From Candidatus Helarchaeota archaeon (GTDB lineage: Archaea > Asgardarchaeota > Lokiarchaeia > Helarchaeales > RDOG01), in NCBI GenBank assembly GCA_019058315.1, contig JAHPZH010000001.1, positions 245,566 through 309,565 on the forward strand: 64,000 bases of DNA. The letters are read 5' to 3'. A program made the translations under genes and the position numbers. Every line of letters begins with the position of its first letter. The stretch's first letter is position 1. Below, one piece after another: positions 17,809-27,568 of the stretch. The notes under the pieces were generated by a model. The model was not told where the DNA came from. It saw only the letters and a list, made by a program, of their open reading frames with translations, and did no database searches.

Positions 17809-18246
17809 ATGACGATCTTAAAAGATGTATGGGTTCTTACAATAGATGGCATTCCCGTATATCACCAATCATTGGAATCTGATTTAGATGAAAGTTTGTT
17901 TGGTGGTTTCATGTCTGCAATATGTACTTTTATCGAGGAAATGGGGGAAAAGGATCTTAGCCAATTGGAAATGGCAGGTTCGAAAATAAGAATACTTAGA
18001 TCTGAAGATAAACGATGGTTATTTGTTGGGAGATCAGATATAAAAATAAAGGACAAGAAAATTGAAAAATATTTACGGGAAATAAGAGATATATTTTACA
18101 GGGAATATAATTCTATTTTACCTAAATGGAACGGAGATGTTTCCTGTTTCGATGGTATGGATAGTTATATTGACTTAACACAGTCTGAAACCCCAGAAAA
18201 GTTACAACAAGATAAGGAACAAAGAAAAAGGGGAGGATTTCTATAG
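17809..18246 (+). CDS. Stand-alone longin-like domain protein
   Basis: VWVLTIDGIPVY..ESLFGGFMSAICTFIEEM..LREIRDIFYREY..WNGDVSCF, the typical Asgard longin pattern. Confidence 0.78.
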   Translation: MTILKDVWVLTIDGIPVYHQSLESDLDESLFGGFMSAICTFIEEMGEKDLSQLEMAGSKIRILRSEDKRWLFVGRSDIKIKDKKIEKYLREIRDIFYREYNSILPKWNGDVSCFDGMDSYIDLTQSETPEKLQQDKEQRKRGGFL

Positions 18247-18261
18247 TAAAAGGTGTTTTAA

Positions 18262-18948
18262 TTGGATTTAATTGAGCTAAATTTGATTCTATTAGCAGTG
18301 ACGTTAATAACATTGATTATTATTTGTGGCTATCGAGTGATACAAAATCTAAAGACTGAAGGTCGAAATGCGGCGATTTTTTTCTTATTGATATGGTTAA
18401 TTAGCTTTATGGTAACCTTATTAGCCATGGGTGGACAAGCCGCACCTTATGGTTCAAAATCTGCCGAAGTCTTCATTAGAACTGCAGATTCCCTCTCTCC
18501 CGGAATAATGTTGTCAATGGTCTTCTTTTCTGACTCAATTTTATACGGCACGATCTACAAAGAAAGAAAAGCATTACTGCTTTCTCTTTATGTCTTAATA
18601 CAAGGTATAATTATCTCTATATTATATTGGACTTTACCAGTCACATTCTTAGTACCGTCTCTAGGAAATATAATTAATGAAATAACATATTCGCTTCATT
18701 TTCTCATTACAATAGTAGTAATGCCAATGATTATTCCTATATTATACACATTCATTGATATGGAGCGAATAGATCCAGCTAATAAACTGAAATACCGACT
18801 ATATTTTATAGGATTTATATGCATCCTTGTAAATATTGCCTTTGATATGCCAGGAACACTACCAGAGCTGGTATTCGTTTGGAGAAATTTTGCTTTAGCC
18901 TCCGTAGTCCTATCGCTTATCGCCCAATTACTGCCCCGAAAAGACTAG
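18262..18948 (+). CDS. 7-TM membrane protein (putative sensor)
   Basis: About 7 hydrophobic helices; TTG start with AGGTG SD; 15 nt downstream of the longin gene. Confidence 0.65.
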   Translation: MDLIELNLILLAVTLITLIIICGYRVIQNLKTEGRNAAIFFLLIWLISFMVTLLAMGGQAAPYGSKSAEVFIRTADSLSPGIMLSMVFFSDSILYGTIYKERKALLLSLYVLIQGIIISILYWTLPVTFLVPSLGNIINEITYSLHFLITIVVMPMIIPILYTFIDMERIDPANKLKYRLYFIGFICILVNIAFDMPGTLPELVFVWRNFALASVVLSLIAQLLPRKD

Positions 18949-19253
18949 TTATCTTGAAATCTATAAATCTTTTTACTCTCAATTCTTTTTTTTCCATTTT
19001 GGATAATTTTTAAACAAATTTATTATATTATCATGAAATAATTAGAGAGGATTTTCCTAATTTCATTTATTAAATACAAAATATTTTATTAATATAAAAT
19101 GAATTAGAAAAGTTTTTGTAGTAAAACATTATCTTCTTTCTTCAATAAAAAAAAATGTACGACATTTACCTTGAAAAAGTAGAAGTCGGATAATTAGATG
19201 CCTCCTTGGCTTATTAAAAATACTTCTCCTTTATGTAAATAGGAGTTTTTATA

Positions 19254-20045
19254 TTGCCAAATCCAAAAAACAATCATAAAGTTTGGAATTATTTATTAGA
19301 GAGGATAGAGGAAGATGGAACTCTACATTTCACTCTTATAGATCCTGATCTTACATTCCAAACACTTAGATTTATAGGGAAAGTTATAAAATACTGTACA
19401 GAAGCAGGTACAGACGCTATTCTGGTCGGAGGCTCTACAATTGCTGATCAATTAGCTGTTCAAAAAGTTGTAAATAAAATTAAAGAAAATTCAGATCGTC
19501 CTGTAATAATATTTCCTGGAAACATTAATGCTTTTTCCAAAGCTGCAGATGCTATATTTTTTATGTCCTTGTTAAATAGTAGAAATTTATATTGGATTAT
19601 TCAATCTCACATGATTGGAGCCCCACAATTAAAACTTTGGAATATGGAATCAATATCATTAGCATATCTAATTATTGAGCCTGGTGGTACTGCTGGATAT
19701 ATTGGGGATGTAAGATTAATCCCTAGAAATAAACCGAAAATTACCTCAGCATACGCATTAGCTGCCCAATATATTGGTTTTAAAGCTGCATATTTAGAAG
19801 CTGGAAGTGGTGTAGATAAAAGTGTTCCTGTAGAAATGGTAAAAGCAACTAGTAATTTCGTTGATATTCCCTTATTTATTGGTGGTGGTATCAATAATGG
19901 AAAAGTCGCCGCTCAATATGCTTCTGCTGGGGCAGCAGCTGTAGTTCAAGGAACATATATCGAAAAAAAAGTTATTCAAGATAAAGGAGCCGCTTTAAAA
20001 AGAATTGTTAAAGAAATTAAATTAGCAGCCCGTAAAAATCTCTAG
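19254..20045 (+). CDS. Geranylgeranylglyceryl phosphate (GGGP) synthase
   Basis: HFTLIDPD, GTDAILVGGS, IIFPG, ADAIFFMSLLNSRN, YLEAGSG, GGGI motifs. Confidence 0.95.
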   Translation: MPNPKNNHKVWNYLLERIEEDGTLHFTLIDPDLTFQTLRFIGKVIKYCTEAGTDAILVGGSTIADQLAVQKVVNKIKENSDRPVIIFPGNINAFSKAADAIFFMSLLNSRNLYWIIQSHMIGAPQLKLWNMESISLAYLIIEPGGTAGYIGDVRLIPRNKPKITSAYALAAQYIGFKAAYLEAGSGVDKSVPVEMVKATSNFVDIPLFIGGGINNGKVAAQYASAGAAAVVQGTYIEKKVIQDKGAALKRIVKEIKLAARKNL

Positions 20046-20055
20046 AGGAATTTTT

Positions 20056-20991
20056 ATGACTTTAAATTTTCTCATAACTAACCCAGCTTTATTTTGGATT
20101 CTTGCAATTATAGGTGGAATTGTTGTAGGCTTATTTGGGCTATTATCAATTAAAGCTGGTATTGTCGACACTTCTGGATTAATCGCCGGATTTATTGTAG
20201 GTTTAGGTGTATGGATTGGGGGTGGTTTTACATGGTTTTTAATAATATTAACATTTCATTTAGTTGCTGGGGGTTTTACAAAGTATAAATATGAAAGAAA
20301 GAGAAAAGCTGGTTTTGCGCAAGAAAAAGGAGGGGCACGTGGTTGGCCAAATGTTTTTGCAAATGGGGGATTTGCCACAATATGTGCTGTTTTTGGTGGT
20401 GTTGCTCTATATTATGCCCAAAGTAGCTCTTTTACGGTTATTCAGAATTTGGATCTGTTAGGAATTGCTTTTTTTGGGTTCCTTGGTGCTGTATCTACAA
20501 TGATTGCTGATACACTAGGAACTGAAATTGGTTTATTAAGTAAATCAAAACCTAGGTTAATTACCCATCTAAATCAAAAAGTAGAGCCAGGCACTTCTGG
20601 TGGTGTGACAATTTTAGGGGAGCTTGGTGGAGTTCTCGGATCCCTTATAGTTTCACTGATTGCTGTGTTTATTTATATAATCCATATTACATTTGGATTT
20701 CCATTTTTTCAGCTTCCATTTTTTGGACTTGAATTAATTATAATCGGTATAGTTTCTGGTTTAGCTGGTGGTGCTGTAGATTCGGTTATTGGTGCAACTG
20801 TACAAGGAATTTTCCAATGCCAGGGTGCATGTAAAAAAATTACTGAAAAAAGTAAGCATTGCGGAGTACCAGCAAAACATCTTCGGGGATGGAGATACTT
20901 AGAAAATAATATGGTAAATTTTCTTGCCAGTCTTTCAGGAGGAATTGTTGCTATTATTTTAGGATATATATTTTTAATATTGAGGATTTAA
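20056..20991 (+). CDS. DUF92/TMEM19 (VTE6-like) membrane protein, putative polyprenyl-phosphate kinase
   Basis: R-G-W-x-NVFANGG, ADTLGTEIG, PGTSGGVT-x-LG, DSVIGATVQ, NNMVNF are DUF92 signatures. Confidence 0.88.
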   Translation: MTLNFLITNPALFWILAIIGGIVVGLFGLLSIKAGIVDTSGLIAGFIVGLGVWIGGGFTWFLIILTFHLVAGGFTKYKYERKRKAGFAQEKGGARGWPNVFANGGFATICAVFGGVALYYAQSSSFTVIQNLDLLGIAFFGFLGAVSTMIADTLGTEIGLLSKSKPRLITHLNQKVEPGTSGGVTILGELGGVLGSLIVSLIAVFIYIIHITFGFPFFQLPFFGLELIIIGIVSGLAGGAVDSVIGATVQGIFQCQGACKKITEKSKHCGVPAKHLRGWRYLENNMVNFLASLSGGIVAIILGYIFLILRI

Positions 20992-21008
20992 TATTGAGGT
21001 GAAGTTTA

Positions 21009-21800
21009 ATGGGAGATATATTGTATAATTTTATTGTTTTAATTTGTGCATATCTTTATGTGTTTATAGTTGTTGGAATTGGCATCTTTATTCAAAAGAA
21101 GACTAATAAAAGCTCTGAATTTACAAGAAAAACCATTCATGTTCTTGCGGGATTTGTGGTGTATTCAGTCTTTTTATTTACTCCAGATTTTGCGTGGCTA
21201 GCTTTAATTATCGCTATTACATTTGTTATTTTACTTTGGGCTAGTGGACCCACCGGACCGGAATTCATGAAAGCTATGTTCGACTCTATGGCAAGAACTG
21301 ATGATATAGAAGAAGGTAAAATTTATGGTCCACTTTATTATGCGATTTCAATAACAATATTAACTACTATTTTTACACTTCCATTTTGGAATTTAGTTGA
21401 ACTTTATTGGATTCCAGCCTCTGCTTTGTCAATAATGTATTTAGGTGACGGTATTGCCCCATTTATAGGCAAAAAGTTCGGAAGATATCAATACGGTCCT
21501 AATAAAAGAACAATTACTGGATCAGTTGCAGTTTTTATACTTGGAATAATTGGATGCCTCATAACGATGTTTATTGCTGTTACCTTAACGAACGGTGGTC
21601 TTTCTTCCCAAAAGTTAGAAATTAATATATTTACATTAGTCGTCTCTATAATAACTGCAGGTGTTTTTACAATACTTGAAGCAATTACACCTAAAGGATT
21701 CGATAATATAACGTGCCCTCTTACAAGTACTCTCGTTTTATGGCTAATTTCCTCGTGGGTTATACCAACCGTTCCGAGATTTATTGCTTTATTTCCCTAA
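21009..21800 (+). CDS. CTP-dependent polyprenol kinase (VTE5/SEC59/DGK1 family)
   Basis: EFTRKTIH, GPLYY, GDGIAPFIGKKFG, KRTITGS, EAITPKGFDNI motifs; multi-TM. Confidence 0.88.
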   Translation: MGDILYNFIVLICAYLYVFIVVGIGIFIQKKTNKSSEFTRKTIHVLAGFVVYSVFLFTPDFAWLALIIAITFVILLWASGPTGPEFMKAMFDSMARTDDIEEGKIYGPLYYAISITILTTIFTLPFWNLVELYWIPASALSIMYLGDGIAPFIGKKFGRYQYGPNKRTITGSVAVFILGIIGCLITMFIAVTLTNGGLSSQKLEINIFTLVVSIITAGVFTILEAITPKGFDNITCPLTSTLVLWLISSWVIPTVPRFIALFP

Positions 21801-21857
21801 TTTTTAAAAAAATGAAAAAAATAGAATATTTGGGTTAAAAAAATTATTATTCTGACT

Positions 21858-23945
21858 TTAACGTTCTTGCAATCGACGAATTAATATTAGACCTATAAAT
21901 GAACCAACCGCTACAAGTACCATAACTAATGTGATTAAAGGCAAATTATCCTCTTTAGGAATAAGCAAAAGTAATAATGGTAAAAGACTAGGTTCTGAAG
22001 GTGAGGGACCTCTTGTAATATTTACAAAAACAGTGTCAGTTAAAACTTGACCTGTAGTTGTGTTGAATTCAATTGTATAATTGAATAATCCTATCGTAGA
22101 TCGATTTATTGCTATATTTAATGGTGTTGCATTTGGCCAAGTTGTCCAATTAATCCATACATAATAATTATCATTAGTATCATTTACCCATATTCTGTAA
22201 TATCCCGAACCGAAATCATCAAATAAGGTCCAATTAATGGTTTCTGAACTGGTTGTTGTTGTATTAATATCTGAAGGTTGGTTAGTAGTTGGTAGTGCAT
22301 CCGTTATATTAACTATGACGATATCTGTGTTTAATTGGTTGTAACTGTCATTAAATTGAATTGTGTAATTGTAAATTCCCGGGGCAGTGCGATTAATTGT
22401 TATATTATATTGTGTATTATTTGTCCATGATGCCCAATCTACCCATACATAATAATTATCATTTGTATCATTTGCCAATACTCTATATTGTCCCGTACCA
22501 AAATCATCGGATAGTGTCCAATTGATAGTTTCTGTTCCACTTGCAGAAGTCGTAATATCAGTTGGTTGGGTTGAAGTCGGTTTTTTATCTGAGGTTGTAT
22601 ACATTATTTCGGAATCAGTTCCCCATTCAGCATCAGTACCATCTTCCCAGACTATATGTACTCGTCCATTATTCTCAGCTATTATACTCGGTGAACCACT
22701 AAGACCAGAATTCCAACCGTAAATATCCGAAATCGCTGTAGCATTGGACCATACAGCACTAGTATAGTTTACATACATTATTTCCTGGTCTGTTCCCCAT
22801 TCACCGTCTGTATCATCTGACCAGACCACGTGTATTTTTCCATTCTTATCAACTACGATGCTTGGGGCAAGACTCAGGTCATTATTCCAACCATAAATGT
22901 CTGAAATCACAGTTGCATTTGACCAGCCCGCACTAGTATAGTTTGCATACATAATTTCGATATCTATTCCCCAGGTGCCATTTGTCCCATCTTCCCAGAC
23001 CACATGTAAGTTATTATCATTTGCAACTGCGATGCTTGGAGAACTACTATCATCATCATTCCAGCCATAAATATCCGAAATCACAGTTGCATTTGACCAA
23101 CTTGCACCTGTATAGTTTGCATACATTATTTCCTGGTCTGTTCCCCATTCACCAGCCGTCGAATCTTCCCAGACTACGTGTAAATTTCCATTATTATCAA
23201 TTGCAATGCTCGGAGAACTACTATCATCATTATTCCAACCATAAATATCTGAAATCACAGTTGCATTTGACCAGCCTGCACCAGTATTGTTTGCATACAT
23301 TATTTCCCAGTCTCCTCCCCATTCACCGTCTGTATCATCTGACCAGACCACGTGTATATTACTATTATTATCGACTACGATGCTAGTGAATCTACTATCC
23401 TGATCATTCCATCCATAAATGTCTGAAATTACAGTTGCATTTGACCAGCCCACACTTGTATAATTTGCATACATAATTTCGCTATCAGTTCCCCATTCAC
23501 CATCTGTATCATCTTCCCAGACCACGTGTAAGTTACTATTATTATCAACTGCGATACTCGGGGCAAGACTCGGCTCATTATTCCAACCGTAAATATCTGA
23601 AATCACAGTTGCATTTGACCAGCCAGCACTAGTATAGTTTGCATACATAATTTCGGAATCAGTTCCCCATTCACCATTTGTATAATCTTCCCAAACAACA
23701 TGTATGTTTCCATTATTATCGACTGCAATGCTTGGATCTAAGCTTTCGTCAATATTCCAGTTGTTAATGTCTGAAATTACTGTAGCATTAAACCAACTAG
23801 AAGTATTTAGGGTCGAATGGTTATTTTCGTTAACTGCAGATAAGGGTATAACTACAGAATTAAATTTAGATAAAGAACCAACAAATATTAATGTAAAAAT
23901 TAAGAAAATCTGAGTAATTACTATTATTGCTTTTTTTTTCTTCAT
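21858..23945 (-). CDS. Secreted/anchored 7-bladed beta-propeller glycoprotein with two Ig-like repeats
   Basis: Signal peptide; seven 58-aa repeats; two ~95-aa repeats (P-x-x-x-QP-x-DI..INWTL..YNYTI); C-terminal TM with basic tail. Confidence 0.82.
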   Translation of the reverse strand: MKKKKAIIVITQIFLIFTLIFVGSLSKFNSVVIPLSAVNENNHSTLNTSSWFNATVISDINNWNIDESLDPSIAVDNNGNIHVVWEDYTNGEWGTDSEIMYANYTSAGWSNATVISDIYGWNNEPSLAPSIAVDNNSNLHVVWEDDTDGEWGTDSEIMYANYTSVGWSNATVISDIYGWNDQDSRFTSIVVDNNSNIHVVWSDDTDGEWGGDWEIMYANNTGAGWSNATVISDIYGWNNDDSSSPSIAIDNNGNLHVVWEDSTAGEWGTDQEIMYANYTGASWSNATVISDIYGWNDDDSSSPSIAVANDNNLHVVWEDGTNGTWGIDIEIMYANYTSAGWSNATVISDIYGWNNDLSLAPSIVVDKNGKIHVVWSDDTDGEWGTDQEIMYVNYTSAVWSNATAISDIYGWNSGLSGSPSIIAENNGRVHIVWEDGTDAEWGTDSEIMYTTSDKKPTSTQPTDITTSASGTETINWTLSDDFGTGQYRVLANDTNDNYYVWVDWASWTNNTQYNITINRTAPGIYNYTIQFNDSYNQLNTDIVIVNITDALPTTNQPSDINTTTTSSETINWTLFDDFGSGYYRIWVNDTNDNYYVWINWTTWPNATPLNIAINRSTIGLFNYTIEFNTTTGQVLTDTVFVNITRGPSPSEPSLLPLLLLLIPKEDNLPLITLVMVLVAVGSFIGLILIRRLQER
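22590..23795 (-). repeat. Intragenic tandem repeat, 7 x 174 bp
   Basis: Near-identical gttgcatttgacca / ccccattcacc / gcatacat blocks recur every 174 nt and encode WSNATVISDIYGWN..HVVW..EIMY. Confidence 0.92.
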
Positions 23946-24254
23946 AAAAACCCTTCTTTTAAGGAATTTGTAATAAAAATATATTTTTATTTTAAATTTA
24001 AATTTTTTTTAATATAATAAAGTCTGAATATTAATAAATTTGAGGGATAATAAATGGTTAATACAGTTTTAGTAACGATATATCGTGATAAAATCTTTAT
24101 GGACGGTGATGTGATCATAGATGATTAAGAAATTGAGGAATTATTTCCAGATTTTATATTACATTCCTTCAGACATTTAAAAAAAATAAATTTTGACTAG
24201 GATTAAAAAATTTGAATTTCTAAGTATAGTATCAATTTATTTTAATATTCCAAA

Positions 24255-24752
24255 TTAATTGGTCTTTTCTTTCGTTAAAATACTTTCTATTTTTTTAAGA
24301 GCTTGATTTATTTCAACGTTTTTTTCATCAATTGGTGAATTTTTTTCATGATCATCAATAGCTTTCTTAAATGTTATTAATTTTTTATGAGCTGCATCCA
24401 CATTTTTCCAAAAATTACTCAATTTTGGATTAATATTAAGTGCTTTTTCGTAACAGTCTAATGCTTTTTTAAAATTCCATAAATCCATATATACATTTCC
24501 CAATGCGTTCCAAGCATCAACATTATCAGGATTTAACTCAAGTATTTTCTTATAAGCACTAATTGCTTTATTATAGTCAGCTAATTTAGAAAAAACAGTT
24601 CCCGTATGATATAATGCCTTTTCATGTCTTGGATCGATTTCCACAACTTTCTGGAAATAATCTAGAGCTTTTTCAAATTTATATGCTTTAAAATATCTAA
24701 TTCCCTCTTCATATAAGCCTTGAACCGTTTTTTCATCTAAAGTTTCTGACAT
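24255..24752 (-). CDS. TPR repeat protein
   Basis: Three 34-aa TPRs (A-x-x-x-Y-x-K-x-L-x-x-x-P). Confidence 0.9.
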   Translation of the reverse strand: MSETLDEKTVQGLYEEGIRYFKAYKFEKALDYFQKVVEIDPRHEKALYHTGTVFSKLADYNKAISAYKKILELNPDNVDAWNALGNVYMDLWNFKKALDCYEKALNINPKLSNFWKNVDAAHKKLITFKKAIDDHEKNSPIDEKNVEINQALKKIESILTKEKTN

Positions 24753-24781
24753 TGATATCTATATAATTGAAAAATATCTAA

Positions 24782-25726
24782 TTATTTAAATTTGGTTAAA
24801 TAGGCAATGATATTCTTTTTTTTAGCTTTTTTTGCAACATCTAAAGGTGTATCTCCAATTTTATAGGGTTCAAAGTCTTTTGTTAGTTTTGAATTTACAT
24901 CTCCACCTTTTTTAATGAGAAATTTCAAAACATCTAGATGTCCATTTTCCGTAGCTTCATGTAAAGGTGTAAAACCATAATTTTCTTTAATAGTTACATC
25001 TGCTCCCGCTGCTATTAACATTTTAACAATATTTAAGTGACCTTTACGACTTGCGAAATGTAATGCAGTTAGACCAAAAACATCTTGATGGTTTATATTT
25101 TCGACTCCTTTTTTCAATAACATCTCGACAATTTCATCACAACCTTCATCAGATGCATGAAAAAGAGGTGTTTGATCTTCTTTCTTTGTTTTTTGATTCA
25201 CATTTATCCCATTATCAATCAGATATTTCACAGTGTTTATATAACCGTAATATTCATCATCTGGATGAGATCCCTGAATTTTACGAATCTCATCTGGATC
25301 ACTAATTTCAACTTTTTTTCCATTGCGTTCTATTATAAGTTTGAAATCCATGGGTCTCCCAGGTAATTTTTTGGCGATTTCATGGATTGGATTAAATCCA
25401 CTATCCAATGCTACATCAATTTTCGCACCGTTTTTATGGAGATAGACTACCACATCATAAAAACCCTCAAGTGCCGCCATATATAAAGGAGATTCATTAT
25501 CTATAGTTACCGCATTAACATTCGCACCATTTTCAACAAGTAATTTCGTAATTTCCAAAAATTTTTTATCTTGAAGATGTGGCATCCAAGTCATGGCATT
25601 ATGGAGAGCTGTAAGACCATCTTCATTTGCCGCATTGACATCCACACCATCCGCAATCAATTTTTTAATTTCTTCAATTCTACCTGAATAAGCATAACCT
25701 CTAAGATCTTTCTCTTTTTCACTCAT
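24782..25726 (-). CDS. Ankyrin repeat protein
   Basis: Repeated G-x-T(A/P)LH-x-A..G-x-L-x-IVK-x-L..GA-x-VN. Confidence 0.93.
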   Translation of the reverse strand: MSEKEKDLRGYAYSGRIEEIKKLIADGVDVNAANEDGLTALHNAMTWMPHLQDKKFLEITKLLVENGANVNAVTIDNESPLYMAALEGFYDVVVYLHKNGAKIDVALDSGFNPIHEIAKKLPGRPMDFKLIIERNGKKVEISDPDEIRKIQGSHPDDEYYGYINTVKYLIDNGINVNQKTKKEDQTPLFHASDEGCDEIVEMLLKKGVENINHQDVFGLTALHFASRKGHLNIVKMLIAAGADVTIKENYGFTPLHEATENGHLDVLKFLIKKGGDVNSKLTKDFEPYKIGDTPLDVAKKAKKKNIIAYLTKFK

Positions 25727-25933
25727 TATAACACCTTATTTCCATATCTCAATTTTTAAAATTAAATTGATTGAATATTTAGTTTTATAGCAATAGTTCA
25801 AACCATATTTTTCTATTTATTTATTCATATCAAATTTAAAATCATAGCTAATTATGAAACAAAAATTATTTATTCTAAAAAAAACAAATATCTTTACTTT
25901 TTTTCTTTTTTAATATTTAAAGGGAATGATTTT

Positions 25934-27553
25934 ATGAATAAAAAAGAAATTATTTTTCTTTTAACCTTACAGATATTTACATATCTAGCGATAGTTCCTT
26001 GCTTTATATCAATTTCAAATGATTCATCGTTAAATGAAAACATGATAAATTTGAATTCAGTAAGCTCAATAAGTAAATTACAAGAATCTGCTTGGATAAA
26101 TAATGGTGTTCCAATAGTGAATTTATCAAATGGGCAAACCTTTCCTCAAATTTGTTCTGACGGAGCTGGAGGAGCAATAATTGTTTGGCATGATGAGAGA
26201 GATGCATTTAATAATGATAGAATTTATGTCCAGCGTATTAATTCGAGTGGAGATATATATTGGACTACAAATGGAGTTCTTATTTGTGCTTTAATAAATT
26301 CTGTTTTAGATCAGATAAAAATTATTGCTAATGGAAATGGAGGAGCCATAATAACATGGAGGGATTATAGAGATAGCAATTACGATATTTACGCCCAGAA
26401 GATAAATTCAACCGGGCATACAAAGTGGTTCGGGAATGGATTAGCCATTTGCAATGATACATCAGCCCAAGAGTCTCCAAACCTTTGTAGCGATGGTGCT
26501 GGAGGAGCTATAATCACTTGGCATGATTATAGAAATTTTGGGACTACTGATTATGACATCTATGCTCAACATATTGACACAAATGGTATCACTCAATGGA
26601 TGAACAATGGTACTTTAATATGTAATGCTAGCAATTATCAACGATATCCCCAATTATGTAGTGACGGAAATGGAGGTGCAATTATCACTTGGTATGATGG
26701 AAGAGGTACAAATTATGATATTTATGCACAAAGGATTAATTCTTCTGGAAATCTTTTATGGAATAACAATGGTGAAGTAATTTGCAATGCTACTGGTGAA
26801 CAATCTAATCCTAGAATTTGTAAAGATGGAATAAATGGCTCAATTATCGCTTGGGTAGATGCCAGAGACGTGGATAAAGATATTTACTCCCAAAGAATTA
26901 ATTCAAGTGGAATTGTCCAATGGATTTCAAATGGTATTTCTATATCTAAAGCTAATAATACCCAAGAAAATCAACAAATTTGCTCTAATGGGGTAAATGG
27001 GTCAATAATTGTATGGGAAGATAATAGAACTGGTTCCCGTGATATTTATGCCCAAAAAATTAATTTAACTGGATCTACTATATGGGAAGCTAATGGAAGT
27101 GTCATATGTGACGCCACTAATCATCAAGAGCAACCTCAAATTTGTGCTGACGAATTAGGTGGTGCGTTTTTTACATGGCAAGACCAAAGATCCAGTGCAT
27201 TTGATATATATGCACAATATATTGACAGCGATGGAATTGCACAATGGAGAAAAAATGGGATACCAGTATGTACAGCATCTGATGAGCAACGTTACCCTCA
27301 GCTTTGTGTGGATGGAGCTAATGAATTGATAATTACTTGGCATGATTTGAGAAACGGTACACTAGATTATGATATTTATGCTCAAGGGACATCAGCCATT
27401 AGGAAACAGGAGAAAGCGGGACTCGAACTAGAAGGAATTCTTTTAATTCTTAGTGCATTAAAAACAGAAGATACTTTTATTATACTAATTATAGGTATCG
27501 TTGCCGCTATAGTCGTTGTTGTCTTAATTGTGATAATCAAAAGACAAAAATAA
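25934..27553 (+). CDS. Secreted/anchored 8-bladed beta-propeller glycoprotein
   Basis: Signal peptide; eight ~55-aa repeats Q-x-x-PQ(I/L)CSDG-x-GGAIITW-x-D-x-R..DIYAQ..W..NG..IC; C-terminal TM + KRQK. Confidence 0.82.
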   Translation: MNKKEIIFLLTLQIFTYLAIVPCFISISNDSSLNENMINLNSVSSISKLQESAWINNGVPIVNLSNGQTFPQICSDGAGGAIIVWHDERDAFNNDRIYVQRINSSGDIYWTTNGVLICALINSVLDQIKIIANGNGGAIITWRDYRDSNYDIYAQKINSTGHTKWFGNGLAICNDTSAQESPNLCSDGAGGAIITWHDYRNFGTTDYDIYAQHIDTNGITQWMNNGTLICNASNYQRYPQLCSDGNGGAIITWYDGRGTNYDIYAQRINSSGNLLWNNNGEVICNATGEQSNPRICKDGINGSIIAWVDARDVDKDIYSQRINSSGIVQWISNGISISKANNTQENQQICSNGVNGSIIVWEDNRTGSRDIYAQKINLTGSTIWEANGSVICDATNHQEQPQICADELGGAFFTWQDQRSSAFDIYAQYIDSDGIAQWRKNGIPVCTASDEQRYPQLCVDGANELIITWHDLRNGTLDYDIYAQGTSAIRKQEKAGLELEGILLILSALKTEDTFIILIIGIVAAIVVVVLIVIIKRQK

Positions 27554-27568
27554 CTCATTTCTTTTTTT

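Noticed and set aside
19155-19250. Two tiny uORFs and a CTCCT/AGGAG stem that could mask the GGGPS Shine-Dalgarno
   Set aside because: Stem is only about 5 bp and the uORFs (12 and 14 aa) lack an SD; not distinguishable from chance
22590-23795. Regular DNA repeats resembling a CRISPR array or DGR template/variable repeats
   Set aside because: Period is 174 bp, in frame within a CDS, with no unique spacers; no cas or reverse transcriptase gene nearby
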